Source: Callorhinchus milii
Lineage: Eukaryota
Direction of reading: 5' to 3'
Assembly: GCF_018977255.1 (NCBI RefSeq)
Contig: NW_024704742.1
Coordinates: 12,340,001-12,404,000 of the forward strand
DNA length: 64,000 nt
The position numbers and the translations under genes are program-made. This document shows, piece after piece, positions 12,601-24,600 of this stretch (positions are counted from its first letter, which is position 1; every line of letters begins with the position of its first letter). A model generated the notes under the pieces. The model did not search any database. It worked only from the letters and a program-made list of their open reading frames with translations, and was not told where the DNA came from.

Positions 12601-15600
12601 GGCAACAAGAAGATTTATCTTTTTCTCTTTCTCTCACACTTAATAGGAAAGAATTCATTTAAAAAGGATTGGAAAAGAAGTTCAAGAGAATTGAGGCAAG
12701 TGACCATATCGAATCTTGACAAGAATCCTGGAATAATGAAGGCGAATGATGACACTGGTATGGTTTCCAAGTACTTGAATATGAAATGTTTACCGCAAAC
12801 CTTTGAAATGTTTACTCCCCAATTTCCATTTGTATTTGACTCACTGTGCCTTGCGACTATTATCTGTTGATCTCTTTGTAAAATTATGAACTTATGAAGT
12901 TTGGTAAGAATTAATTTTCTCTTGAAGCACAATTATATTGACAAGTAGTTTTACCTAAGGGAAAAGGGTTTTCGTCTAGAATTAAGATTTTATAAAATAC
13001 AATGCAATACAAAATTACATTTGTATAGCACCTTTCACATCAGAAGGTCATCCCAAGGCGCTGGACAGTCAGGGATTTGGACCTGAACTGGGGGGCTGGA
13101 GGGCACGGAAGGTAGGAGGATGGCCGAAAGCATGGTCAAAGATAATCAGTTACACCATACCATCGCGCTTGCAGTATTAATGGTATTTTTAGCAAAGTTT
13201 TTTTTTTCCATTTGTAGTACATTGACAGACATGGATTGCGCTATTGAGGATCCAGTGACAGCCATGTCACACTGATTTGAACACATCGTTTTGCATTACT
13301 GAACATGTTACAGATTTGACATGGTGTTCCCACGTATTTTGTCAGTTGCTGATTCTATTTGTTCCCTTTTATCATGACAATAATAGCTGAGTTTTGTATT
13401 TCAATAGAAATTTGCCAGTCAAGTAAAATGTGGCACAGCAAAAATCGGAAATAAAAAAATTCAAAAACCTTAACATTTAATCTGCAATATTTAATGAGGT
13501 TCCTTTATACAGAATCTGACTCTGGGAAATGAGATTTCCATTCAGTAACCAGAGGTACATCAGTCAGCCCTGCAGAAACAATGTGATCTACGTGTGAAGC
13601 AGAGTTCCCTTGGGTTAACAAAAATTGGTTCAGGAGCTGAATTTACAATGTCCTTTTCAAACCTCAGTCATGAATTTCTTTAAAAAAATCTATTATAAAT
13701 CTTTGAAAATGAGAATTTGAATACAGCTCCTGAACCAAACAGGAAAAATGAATCAAGAAGCATAGGGAATTGTAGATGTCCTTTTTTAATGTTGGTTTTT
13801 AAATATTTTAAAATGAGATAACAAATCATTTTCATTGGTTACATAATTAAAATCATGGTGATGATAATCTATAATTACCTGCATATACCTGCATCTACAC
13901 ATGGCTAATAGACTTTATTGTCATATGAAGAATTGACACTCGCCTGTACATTAACCTGAGTTAGGACTTATACAAAAAAATGAGGAGGAGAAGGAGATGT
14001 TTAAGAGGCAGATCGATACTTGGGAAGTAAGGGTACTCAGAGATATGGAGAAATATTCGGGGAAATTGGATTAAAGGATCTGTCATAATTGAATAAACTG
14101 GTGGAACAGGTTTGCTGTACTGTATAGCCCTTCCTGTTCCTATTTCTCTACATTTCCTACTCTAAAATAATTACGTAATATAAATCTTGATGAAAAAAAC
14201 TTTTCTTTATATTTTAAGATGGTGTCACATTCACTTCATCCTGAGAACAAGTAGTGTTTTCCTTATGGGGGAGGGGAAATACTTTCTGTTTAATGGGACC
14301 TGATACTTCATTGACTTAGGAGTCTAGGGAAACTGTGTGAGAGAGAGTATTAAGGAACTCACTGCTGTTAATGTGTTTTACCAGGGCCAAACAGTTCCAG
14401 ACTATCGCAAAGATGCTATTCCCATTTAATAAATGGAGCCCCTCTTTATCAGTAATATCATCAGATGAACAGCTTCACATAAGAACAGTCTAGAGCCAGG
14501 CAAGAAAGCTAGAGGTTTATCACTGCCATTTTTTATTTTATATACCTATAGATATACATACTTAGTATGCAATTAGCTGCCATGTTTCGCCCACTAAATA
14601 TAGTCATTACATTTTATAGTGTTCCTTTTGAAGGTCTTTGAGAAGTCTCAAAGATATAAGGCACTATATCAACTGCAAGGATTATTATTATTATGTGTAT
14701 ATATATAGATATATACACAATATAAATTTACATTTACATGGTGCCTTTCATGTCAGGAGGGCTTCTCAATTTAAAACTTCTTTCCTCTATAGTTAGAAGT
14801 ATTTGAAAGTGAAGCATTTCCCATTGTGGAGCAAAATCTAACATTAATTTAGACAAGTGTAGTCAGAAAGCAACGAGAAAGGGCCATGTTCATACATATA
14901 ATCAAATGTCCCTTCCGAATGGCTGCCATGTATTTATGTAAAGAGATGCCCAATAGTGGATACAATACTTTAACTGCAACCTAACCTGTAAAGCCTGTCC
15001 AAACCTTTATAGTACTAGCTGGCATTGATGTTTTGTTTCTGAATCATTGGGTGGAGGCAGGAATAAAATGATTGTATCTTATTTCCATTAAGTTATGTAT
15101 TTCCAATTTGTATCTTTATGTTTTAATATACTTGACTTAAATGTCTTTGTACTTTTCCACTTTGCATTCCATGGTTTAGCTTACTGGAAGTTTAACCACA
15201 GAGCACATTGTATGGATGTGAATATTAGACATGACGAGCTGCATGAGATGGCTGATTACTGTCAAGATTAGCTGCAGAAAATGTTGTGTGTAAATGTTCA
15301 TTAATGTATGTGTATATTATAGAATCTGAATATTTTAAAGTTTTTCCTCAAGTTACATTCTTATTTTTGTAAAACCGTGTTACAAGAGATATTGCGAGGA
15401 ATGATGTGGAACTTCATTAATTAATGATGTTGTGTACAATGCATTTTTTATTTTATTTTGCCGTCTCATCTCGTGCACAATTTTCTTCTTTGAATTCATG
15501 TTATAGATCTCGAAACAGATGCTTCAGAAGGATTAACTGGACGGGGGTCATATACTATTGACGGCAAAAAACTAATGTGCAGACAATTCTTTGCTCTCTT

Positions 15601-18600
15601 CATTAAAAGGTTTCACCATGCCCGAAGGAGTCAGAGAGGATTTTTGGCTCAGGTATTCTTTGTCTTCTATTGCAAAACCCACTGCTTAACTCTCAAAACA
15701 GAAATTCCCACTTCTAGGGCAAAAATATTGCATTCAAAATACAATACTTAAGAGTTCAATTGGTAAAATGCGTTTTTACCAATTTTCAAAGTGACAGCAC
15801 TACAACACACACAAGTAAACAGGTGTTTCTGATTCAAGTTATCAATGTTTCCATGCAAAAGACAAGTCCAATTTCGTGTATGAAATCTATATAATAATAA
15901 TTAATAATAATCCTTGCATTTGATATAACACCTTATTGAGTCATTGAGACCTATCAAAACACATCAAGGGATTTTACTGATACAAGATTTTACTCTACTC
16001 AAAGCTGGAGTACAGTTTCGCAAGTGTTGATGTTGGTCTCTTGCCTCCTTCAACTCCCGTCTAAAGACCTTCCTCTTCAATCATGCCTTTGGCCACCCCT
16101 TCACCCCAACCCCCACTGTCCTCAACCCCTCCTGACCCCAACTCCCAGCTCAGGTCCAAAAACTCCTGACTGTCCAGAGCCCTGGGACGTCTTTCCGACA
16201 TGAAAGGTGCTATACAAGTGTAATTTGTTGTTGTTGTTGTTCGCACAGTATTCATTCATAGGGACTATCATATCTGAACCCAATTTTGTCCTCAGTCATC
16301 ACTCATTTCTTCCATTTCAAGAGAGATTACTGGAGTAAATAACTCTAGTTGATTTGTTACCTCTCCATCTTTGAGAAACGTGGTATTGCACTGGACATCT
16401 AGAACATCATGGTTACTGGACTGGTACTCCCTGTCCAGTATAATTTCTTCCGCAAAGCTGACAGCAGATATCCAGCAAATATCTGATAAGGAGCCTCTGT
16501 GACTTGGGTCAACAACTGCTGAAATGTATTACCCAGAGCAGATAGTGACCAGGTTTTAAACTGGGATCTTCCATTGTTATGAATCAACCACATAGTGCAT
16601 TTGTTTATGGGGCCATTGAGCAATCTATTGGTAGAACGCATAGAACTCAGGTTTTGGATACCCTGGTAATGGGTTTCTGCATGTGTTAGATACTCAGTTA
16701 ATCAAAAAAAGATTATATTGTAGCTTCTCAGAAAATTCAGTGGATTTTAGCACTTGTTCATGAATTTTTTCGCTATAAATTTAGGTTTTATTTGTTTGAC
16801 CCAAAATGTAACATTCTGAAGAGAATTTTTAAAAATTCCATTTCATTCATAAATAAAAGGACAATATTTCCTGCGACATCAAGGAAGGCATAATGATAGA
16901 AACATAAGATATATAATTGTATTAATTTTAAAAAATGCATACAGTATTTATTATTCCCATCCAGCTGTTATCCGAATTCTCTGAGAAGCTATCGTATTAT
17001 AGTTCATTTAAAATTCACACCCATCTGTTGTCACAGGAGTCCCCCATTCTGTTGTGAAGGTGAAGAGAGCTTGGCAGATGAATTGACCATAAGCTGTTAC
17101 AAAATATATAAGGGAAAAGAGAGGCATTGATAGCTCTTTGTTTGCCACTAAGTTGGGCTTTGGTTACAATGCCCAAGTTCACACTCACCAAAACTGTTTT
17201 CCCTTTCATTGCTACTTTAAGACATAGTTTTAGTACAAATTAAAGTCATTTTTAGAGATACGTTAAAACACAAAACCTGCTGCCAACTATTGCACTGTGT
17301 ATACATGAATACATGTATTGGACCCGACTACACAAGTTCTACTGATAAACGTGTCTTAACAATTTGCTTGCAGTTGCATGATTTCATCAACGTTATGATC
17401 TCCAATATTGTTCATAATTGTAGCATGTTGGTCAGACCCATGGTTACAGATTTTATTATTTCCAATCTGTATGGCTTGGCTGAAGCTCTAGGGGACTAAT
17501 ACCGTTCAGTGCACGCATGAGGCATCACAAGTAGAAATCCTTCTGCCTTGGCATATATGGTATGTTTAGTTCACTTTATACGCTACTGTAAATGGCTCTA
17601 TTGGATTGCAAGCATGTGAATCAATGCAGTTTTTTCCTTCTGAAAATTAAAAATGAATCATTACTGTCAAACTGCTTTTTTTATATTATATGTATAGTAG
17701 ATAACACACTCAAGTACTGCCACTCATTTCCTTCACCGACATTATAAGTCACCAGAACAGAGCTGACTTGACAGAACGGATGAGCATGAAAATGTCTCTT
17801 CATGGTTGAATTTCTACAAAAACTAGCAATTTTGAAAGTGTTAAATCTTGTTTTTTCTCAGAGATATACTCTTGAAATTAAACACTGCCATCTACCTTTT
17901 GAATCCACAAACTATACAGACTCCTGTAACTTAGTGGTTAGAGCACTCGCCTCATAAGTAAGAGGACCTGGGTTCAATTTCAGGAGAGAGCAAAATGTTA
18001 GGCAAGTTTCCTTACCCCACACGCCTCTGTTTACCTAACAGTTAGTAGGAACCCAGTTGTTAGTCGATCAGCGGATCGCTTTTCTGTGCGCAATTGGCTG
18101 CTGTGTTTCACCTGCAAAATATACAGTCAATTCACTTTACAGTATATTGAGCACTTTGAAGCATTTTGTGACATTGTAAAGATGTGATAAGGCGCTATAT
18201 CAAATAAAAAGATTATTAAATTGCAATCATGAACAAAATGTCAAAAGTGTGCAATGGTTATTTGTTTTTCTTCTTCTTGTCTTCAGGTTGTGTTGCCGGC
18301 CCTGTTTGTCTGCTTAGCTCTAGTATTCTCTCTGATTATTCCTCCTTTTGTGGAGTTCCCAAGTCTGGAGCTACAGCCATGGATGTATGGATCAGCACAG
18401 CACACATTCTTCAGGTATGAGGATCTGAAAACAGTAAAAAAAAACTTTTGGCATTGCTCATTGGCTTCATCAGATATCAAGCACAAAAAAGTACAAGTGC
18501 CTCCCACTGTGTATTTGTTATCTCCCTTGTCCCCTCTGCGCCACCATTGGCAGCATTGCTTTCAGTAACTATGCCCTAAATCTCTGTAAGTCCCTGCCTC

Positions 18601-21600
18601 AATCCCTCTGTCTTCCACCATCTTTTCCCATCTTCAAATCATTCCTGATGACTTTTCTCTATAGCCGTCTCCCTTTTCTTTCCAGTTCGGTATCAATCAG
18701 TTAAGCATCCACAGTTAAGCGTCCAAGATGCTACTTACGTGAAGGATGCTATACAAATGCAAGTTGTTGTTCTCATAGATTTCTATAGTTAAGCTAAGCT
18801 TACAGATTCACATTGGGTACCAGTCTCAAGTGTGTTGGCCACAATCCTCTAACTCACTCCAATTGTTAATCTCTATATGTGAGACATATATAAAGAGATA
18901 ATTGTAAGCCAACTATTCCACCATTAAATGGTAGCGATTGGCATTACAGTCAGTCATATCTGAAATATTCACAAGTATAGTTAACTGAGTGACTTTTCTC
19001 TCCCTACTATAGTGCTGCCTTAGCTATAATTGATGAAGTCATATTCACATCATCGAGTCAACTATCTGCATTTATATAGAACCCTTCACGCAAACACTTC
19101 ACAGGATCTACTGTAACATGATGTGTCCGTGTGTTTTTTGTGCATAACTGCATGTCAAAGATGTATATTGAGTTACAAGATATCAGTGGTTTTCTTTGGC
19201 TAATGGATTCAGCTTCCAAAAGCTCTACCAAATGGTTCAAACTGTACCTATGAGTTGATGGTGACAGTGAAGAACCACATTTGACCAATGTGCCCTCCAA
19301 ACACCTCTAGAAGGGGTGCACAATAATCCAAGTAAAAAAATAAGTGGAAAAGAAAACGGGGTAAGTATGTAAGGCAGGTAAAAGACTTCAATGAGGTGGT
19401 TTTATCCAAGTGAGAGGTCGTTGAGGGAAAGGGAGAGTAGAGAAAAGTGCCTCAGCACATTGGAACATCCTTGTAGGATTTAATGTTATCTATCAACGGG
19501 AGTATTTGTACTAATAAGGCAATTGAAAATCTCCCATCTCTAGGTATTTTGACAGCATCAGAATTGCATTGTTTTAAAGTAATGAATAATTCCTTGCTCT
19601 TAGCCTAGTGTTTTGCTTTGCGTTGTGTTCCAACCAGCACTGGAACTAATCATTCATTAACAATTAATTTGATGTTATATGAATAAATGCATTAAAAGTA
19701 GAATCTCTCATTTTTTCAGTATCTTATTTTTTATGACTTGGATTAGATATATACTGGAAAAGGAAAAAAATTGCAAGGCTATAGAGAAAGAGCGGGGAGT
19801 GAAACTAATTGGGTAGCTTTTTCAAAGAGCCAGCACAGGCACGAAGGGCCAAATGGCTTCCTGTGTTGTATGATTGTGTGTGTTGTATGATTCTATGATG
19901 ATTTGGTTATTTTCCCCTCTTTCACTCTGCAGTCTATGTACATAATATGTACATATTAAACTGTACATTTTCTGGCAGAAAGCATTTGTGATTTAACTAT
20001 ACAAATGAAATTAAGCCAATGACTGAACAATCTTTTTCCTTCAGAATGATGTTTTATACCTTATTCTGTCAATAGATTTTTTTTTGTTATTATAAGTGGC
20101 AAATGATACAACATTCTCGAAAAAGAAAATCACTAAAATAAAATGCATTTTACGGATGTAATATTTTTAATCGATCACAGTTGTGGAGTATTCAGTGTGC
20201 ACTGCTCAGCATAGAAACCCAATGTTTAGTACAGTATTCCCAAGAATAGCCTGCTTTCACACGGGAAATCTATATTTTGATGTTTCTACAAATACATTTT
20301 AAATTAATACCATGAAAGGGAAATCAGTCATGCTGCTTTAAGGAGACTAGGTTTTGGATTAATCATTATCAATCTTATTAATGCAATATTTTCTTTAAGC
20401 ACATGAACTGAATTAATTAAGTGTAGAATGCTAATAAACATGGTAGGAACACTGACATCTCTGTCAGATGTGCTTAGTCATGTTCAAATTGCAGTGCAAG
20501 TGTTTGAACTCAATGCTATATTCTACTGGTCGTTCACAGAGAAAGCATCTTGTGGATTAAAATGGTGTAGAAAATATTTTGTTATTGCTGAGGCACTGAA
20601 ACATTCTTTTTGCAAAGAGGGTTTTAGGAAATTTACAGTAGTAAAATAATACCAAGAAAGAGCTGTGGTATATTCATCCATTGAGCATAGAAGTACCAGA
20701 AGCAGGTCGAGAAGCTATCAGCAAAACTGCAATAAACCTCTAACTGGAGAAAGAGAGAGGTGTGTTTTGATTAATGCAAACTGTGCTGCAGTTTAGGCAT
20801 ACCTTAGGCACCAGCAGGATTTGTAGGATGTTCAACTCAGAGCTTTGATGGTACTAATTCTTCACAAAATTTGACAAATGCTCAGTAGCTTCGATTTCTC
20901 TTCTGTGTGGTTGCCAGCATTTGCGTCAGATGACAAAAAGAATGAAGCGAGGTCACAGAGGCATTGGGTTTACAAAGAAACAACAACAACAACAAGATTC
21001 CATTTATTCAGCGCCTTTCACGTCGGGAGGACGTCCCAAGCCGCTGTACAGTTGGGTTAGGACCCGAGCAGGGGGGAAATGGTCAGGGTGAGGGGAGTGA
21101 AGGGAGGGAGCGAGGAGGGGGTAGAGAGTCGAGAGGGGAGCTGAAGGCACGGTCAAAGAGAAAGGTCTTGAGACCGGCCTTGAAGGAGGAAAGGGAGGAG
21201 GCGGCGAAGGCACTGGGGGATAGAGTTCCAGAGCCTCGGGGCTGAGAGGCTGAAGGCCCGACCACCGATGGTAGGGCGGTTGGGGCGGGGGATGTGGAGC
21301 AGACCGGAGCCAGAGGAACGGAGGGTACGGGCAGGTAGGTAGGGGGATAGTAGGTCGGAGAGGTAGGAGGGAGAGTGAGGCCGTGAATGGCCTTGTAGGT
21401 GAGGATGAGGATCTTGAATTTGATCCTCTGGGGGATGGGGAGCCAGTGGAGGCGAGCGAGGGTGGGAGTGATGTGGTCGCGAAGCCTGGTGCGGGACAGT
21501 ACACGAGCTGCAGAGTTCTGAATGACCTGCAGCTTGTGGAGGGAGGTGCCGGGAAGGCCGGCGAGGAGAGAGTTCCCATAGTCCAGCCTTGAGGTGATAA

Positions 21601-24600
21601 AGGCGTGGACCAGGGTTTCAGCAGCGTGAGGGGTGAGGTCGTACCGTAGTCTGGCGACATTCCGGAGGTGATGTAAGGCGGTGCCAGTTGTGGCGCGGAT
21701 ATGAGGGAGAAAGGACAGCTCAGGGTCGAACAGAACCCGAGGTTCCTGACTGGCTTTGAGAGGTGGAGAGTGCAGCCTTGGATGCTGATGCTGTCAGCGC
21801 CTGAGGTGCGGAGGCGCTGACGTGAGCCAATCAGGAGGGCCTCAGTTTTACGCACGTTGAGCTGGAGAAAGTTATCTCTCGTCCAGGACTCGATGTCGGA
21901 CAGGCAGCTGTCAGGACATCGGTGGTCGTGGAGTTGAGGGTAGAGGAGGAAAGGTAGAGTTGGGTGTCATCCGCATACATGTGGAAGTTAACCCCATGTC
22001 TGCGGATGATGTCACCAAGGGGGAGCATATAGAGGGTGAAGAGGAGGGGACCGAGGACAGAGCCTTGAGGGACACAGCACAAGACAGTGCGGGGGCCGGA
22101 GGAAAAACCATTCGTGGAAACAAAGTGAAGACGGTGGGAGAGGTACGACCTAAACCACTCAAGGACAGGGCCTTGAAGGTTGAGGTGGGAGGACAAGCGG
22201 TGGAGGAGGATAGCATGGTCGACCGTATCGAATGCTGCCGATAGGTCGAGGAGGACGAGGAGGCAGAGGGAGCCCTGGTCACAGATGGTCAGGATGTCAT
22301 TGGTGACCTTGACCAGGGCAGTTTCTGTGCTATGGGCAGCACGGAAACCCGACTGAAGGGGTTCGAATAGTGAATGGTTGGAGAGGAAAGAGCGCAGCTG
22401 GGAGGCGACAACTCGTTCCAGGACCTTGGACAGGAAGGGGAGGTTGGAGATGGGCCGGTAGCTTGATAGCTGCGACGCATCAAGGGAGGTTTTTTTCAAG
22501 GTGGGAGTGATGGTGGCAGTTTTTAAGGGAATGGGAACAGAGCCAGAGGAGAGGGACAGGTTGACGATGTCTGTGATATGTGGGGCAAGGAGGTGGAGCT
22601 GGGAGATAAGGAGTGGAGTGGGGATGGGGTCAAGGGAGCAGGTGGTGGGTTTCAGGGATAGGATGAGTTTGGTGACAGAGGGTGGGGAAACGGGTACGAA
22701 GTGTGTAGGGGAGGATGGGTAGGAGTCGGAGTGTGGGAGGGAAGGGGTGGGGGGGTGGGTGGATGTTGGAGGGGAAGTGACCGCGGAGCGAATTCCCTTG
22801 ATTTTGGATTCAAGGAAATCCAGCATCTCCTCGCAGTGAAGGTTGGAGGAGATGACCTGCGCGGGGTGGCGGGGGGGACGGAGGAGTTGGGGTGTGGTAG
22901 AGAACAGTAGCCTGGGGTTGTTCTTCGCCTCCAGGATTATCCTGGAGTAGAAGGACGATTTGGCCGAGGCTAGAGTGGAGCGGTAGATTTTGAGGAGGTC
23001 CAGCCAGATTTGTCGGTGGACCGTTAGGCCAGATTTGACCAGTTGCGTCCAGCGGCCCGCACCTGGCTCTTCAGTGAGCGGAGGTGGGTGGTGAACCAGG
23101 GGGAGGAGCGAGAGTAGGAGACAGTACGGGAGGTGATGGGGGCAAGAGTGTCAAGTGTGGAGGAGAGGGTATTGTGGAGGAGGGTGAGAGCAGAAGAGGG
23201 GCCAGTGAGGGTTGAAGGCCAGAGGGAGAGGAGTTCAGAGGACTCCAAGGCAGCGGTTAGGGATTGTGGGGGTAACTTCTTCCAGGGGCGGTAGAAGATG
23301 GTGGTGGGTCTGGTGGAGATGGGGAGGGGGGTGGAGGTGGTGAAGGAGATGAAGTGGTGGTCGGAGATGGCCTTGTCGGTGATAGTGACATCCGAGACAC
23401 TTGGTGATCACCAAGTTGAGTGGGTGGCCGTGACTCTGAGTGGGGGAGTTGATGTGGAGGGAGAGGTTGAGCGAGGAGAGCAGGGAAGAGAAGTCTGAGG
23501 AGATGGAGCAGGAGGGGGTGAAGTGCAGGTTAAAGTCGCCCAGGATGATGAGGCGATCAGAGCAGAGGCAGAGAGATGTAAGAAGTGTCGAAATATCGGA
23601 GATGAAGGTGGGAGAGGTTTTAGGGGGCCGGTAGAGGAGGAGGATTTTAAGTGAGAGGAAGGAGGGGTGGGAGAGGGTGAGGTGCTCAAAAGAGGGGAAA
23701 GAGCCAGAGGAGTAGGGGGATAGGGCAAGTGGTGTCCTTGAGATAAGGGCAACACCACCGCCACGGAGGTTGGGGCGAGGGATGTGGTGGGAGGTGTAGC
23801 CGGGTGGTGTGGCCTCCGTGAGGGGGAAGGTGTTGCCTGGGGTGAGCCAGGTTTCCGTTAAGGCCATGATGACCAGGGCCTTGTTACAGAGGGAGCGGAC
23901 GTTTTGTTGTCCGATGTGGATGGAGCGGTTGACAGACGGGTGTGTGGTGAGGGGAAGGGGGTCCAGGTTGTGAGGCAGGGGTGAGGGGAATGGGGATAAG
24001 GGAGGAGAGGTTGGCTCCCCGGGTCTGTGTCCGGGGTGGCTGGCGAGTGTGGTGAGGAATGGGACAGTCGGTGTGGCTGCTGCTGGACAGCCAACGCCGA
24101 GTGCCACGGTGAGCCCGGCGGAGGATTCCCAGGCTGGAGCAGAGGGAGGTTGTGGGAGGGTCAAGTGGGGATAGAAAGCGAGAGGGACGGAGAGAGAGGA
24201 GGACAGAGCGGGAGAGTTGTAGAGGGGGGAGGGTTTGGTGGTAGAGAGGAGGGAGGAGGGAGGGGGTGAGGGGGCTCGGGTCATAGCGGCAGCCATAGTG
24301 CGCACGCGGGGACCGGGAGCGAGCGGTCAGGTGGATGGAAACATTATCACATAGGCTGGGGCAGCGAACCCAACAGGACCATGGTGGGCCCTGATGTGAG
24401 GCCGGGGGGCGCACTTCTGAAAACTACAACTATGACGTCAGCGGTTCCCCCACTCCGCCCCCACCCGTTCCCTCCTCAGCCCCACACCCCGCACACTGGC
24501 TGCACTCCCTGCCGCGTCGAGTTTAAATACCTGGGTAGGTAGGCCCAGGCTCCTCCCCGCGCTGTCCTGGCGCCGCTCCCTGTCAAGAAAGACTGTAACC

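Noticed and set aside
24385..24425. ctgatgtgag...gaaa as a hammerhead ribozyme core in the L2 5' UTR
   Set aside because: The core deviates from CTGANGA, lies antisense to the element, and I cannot build the three stems.
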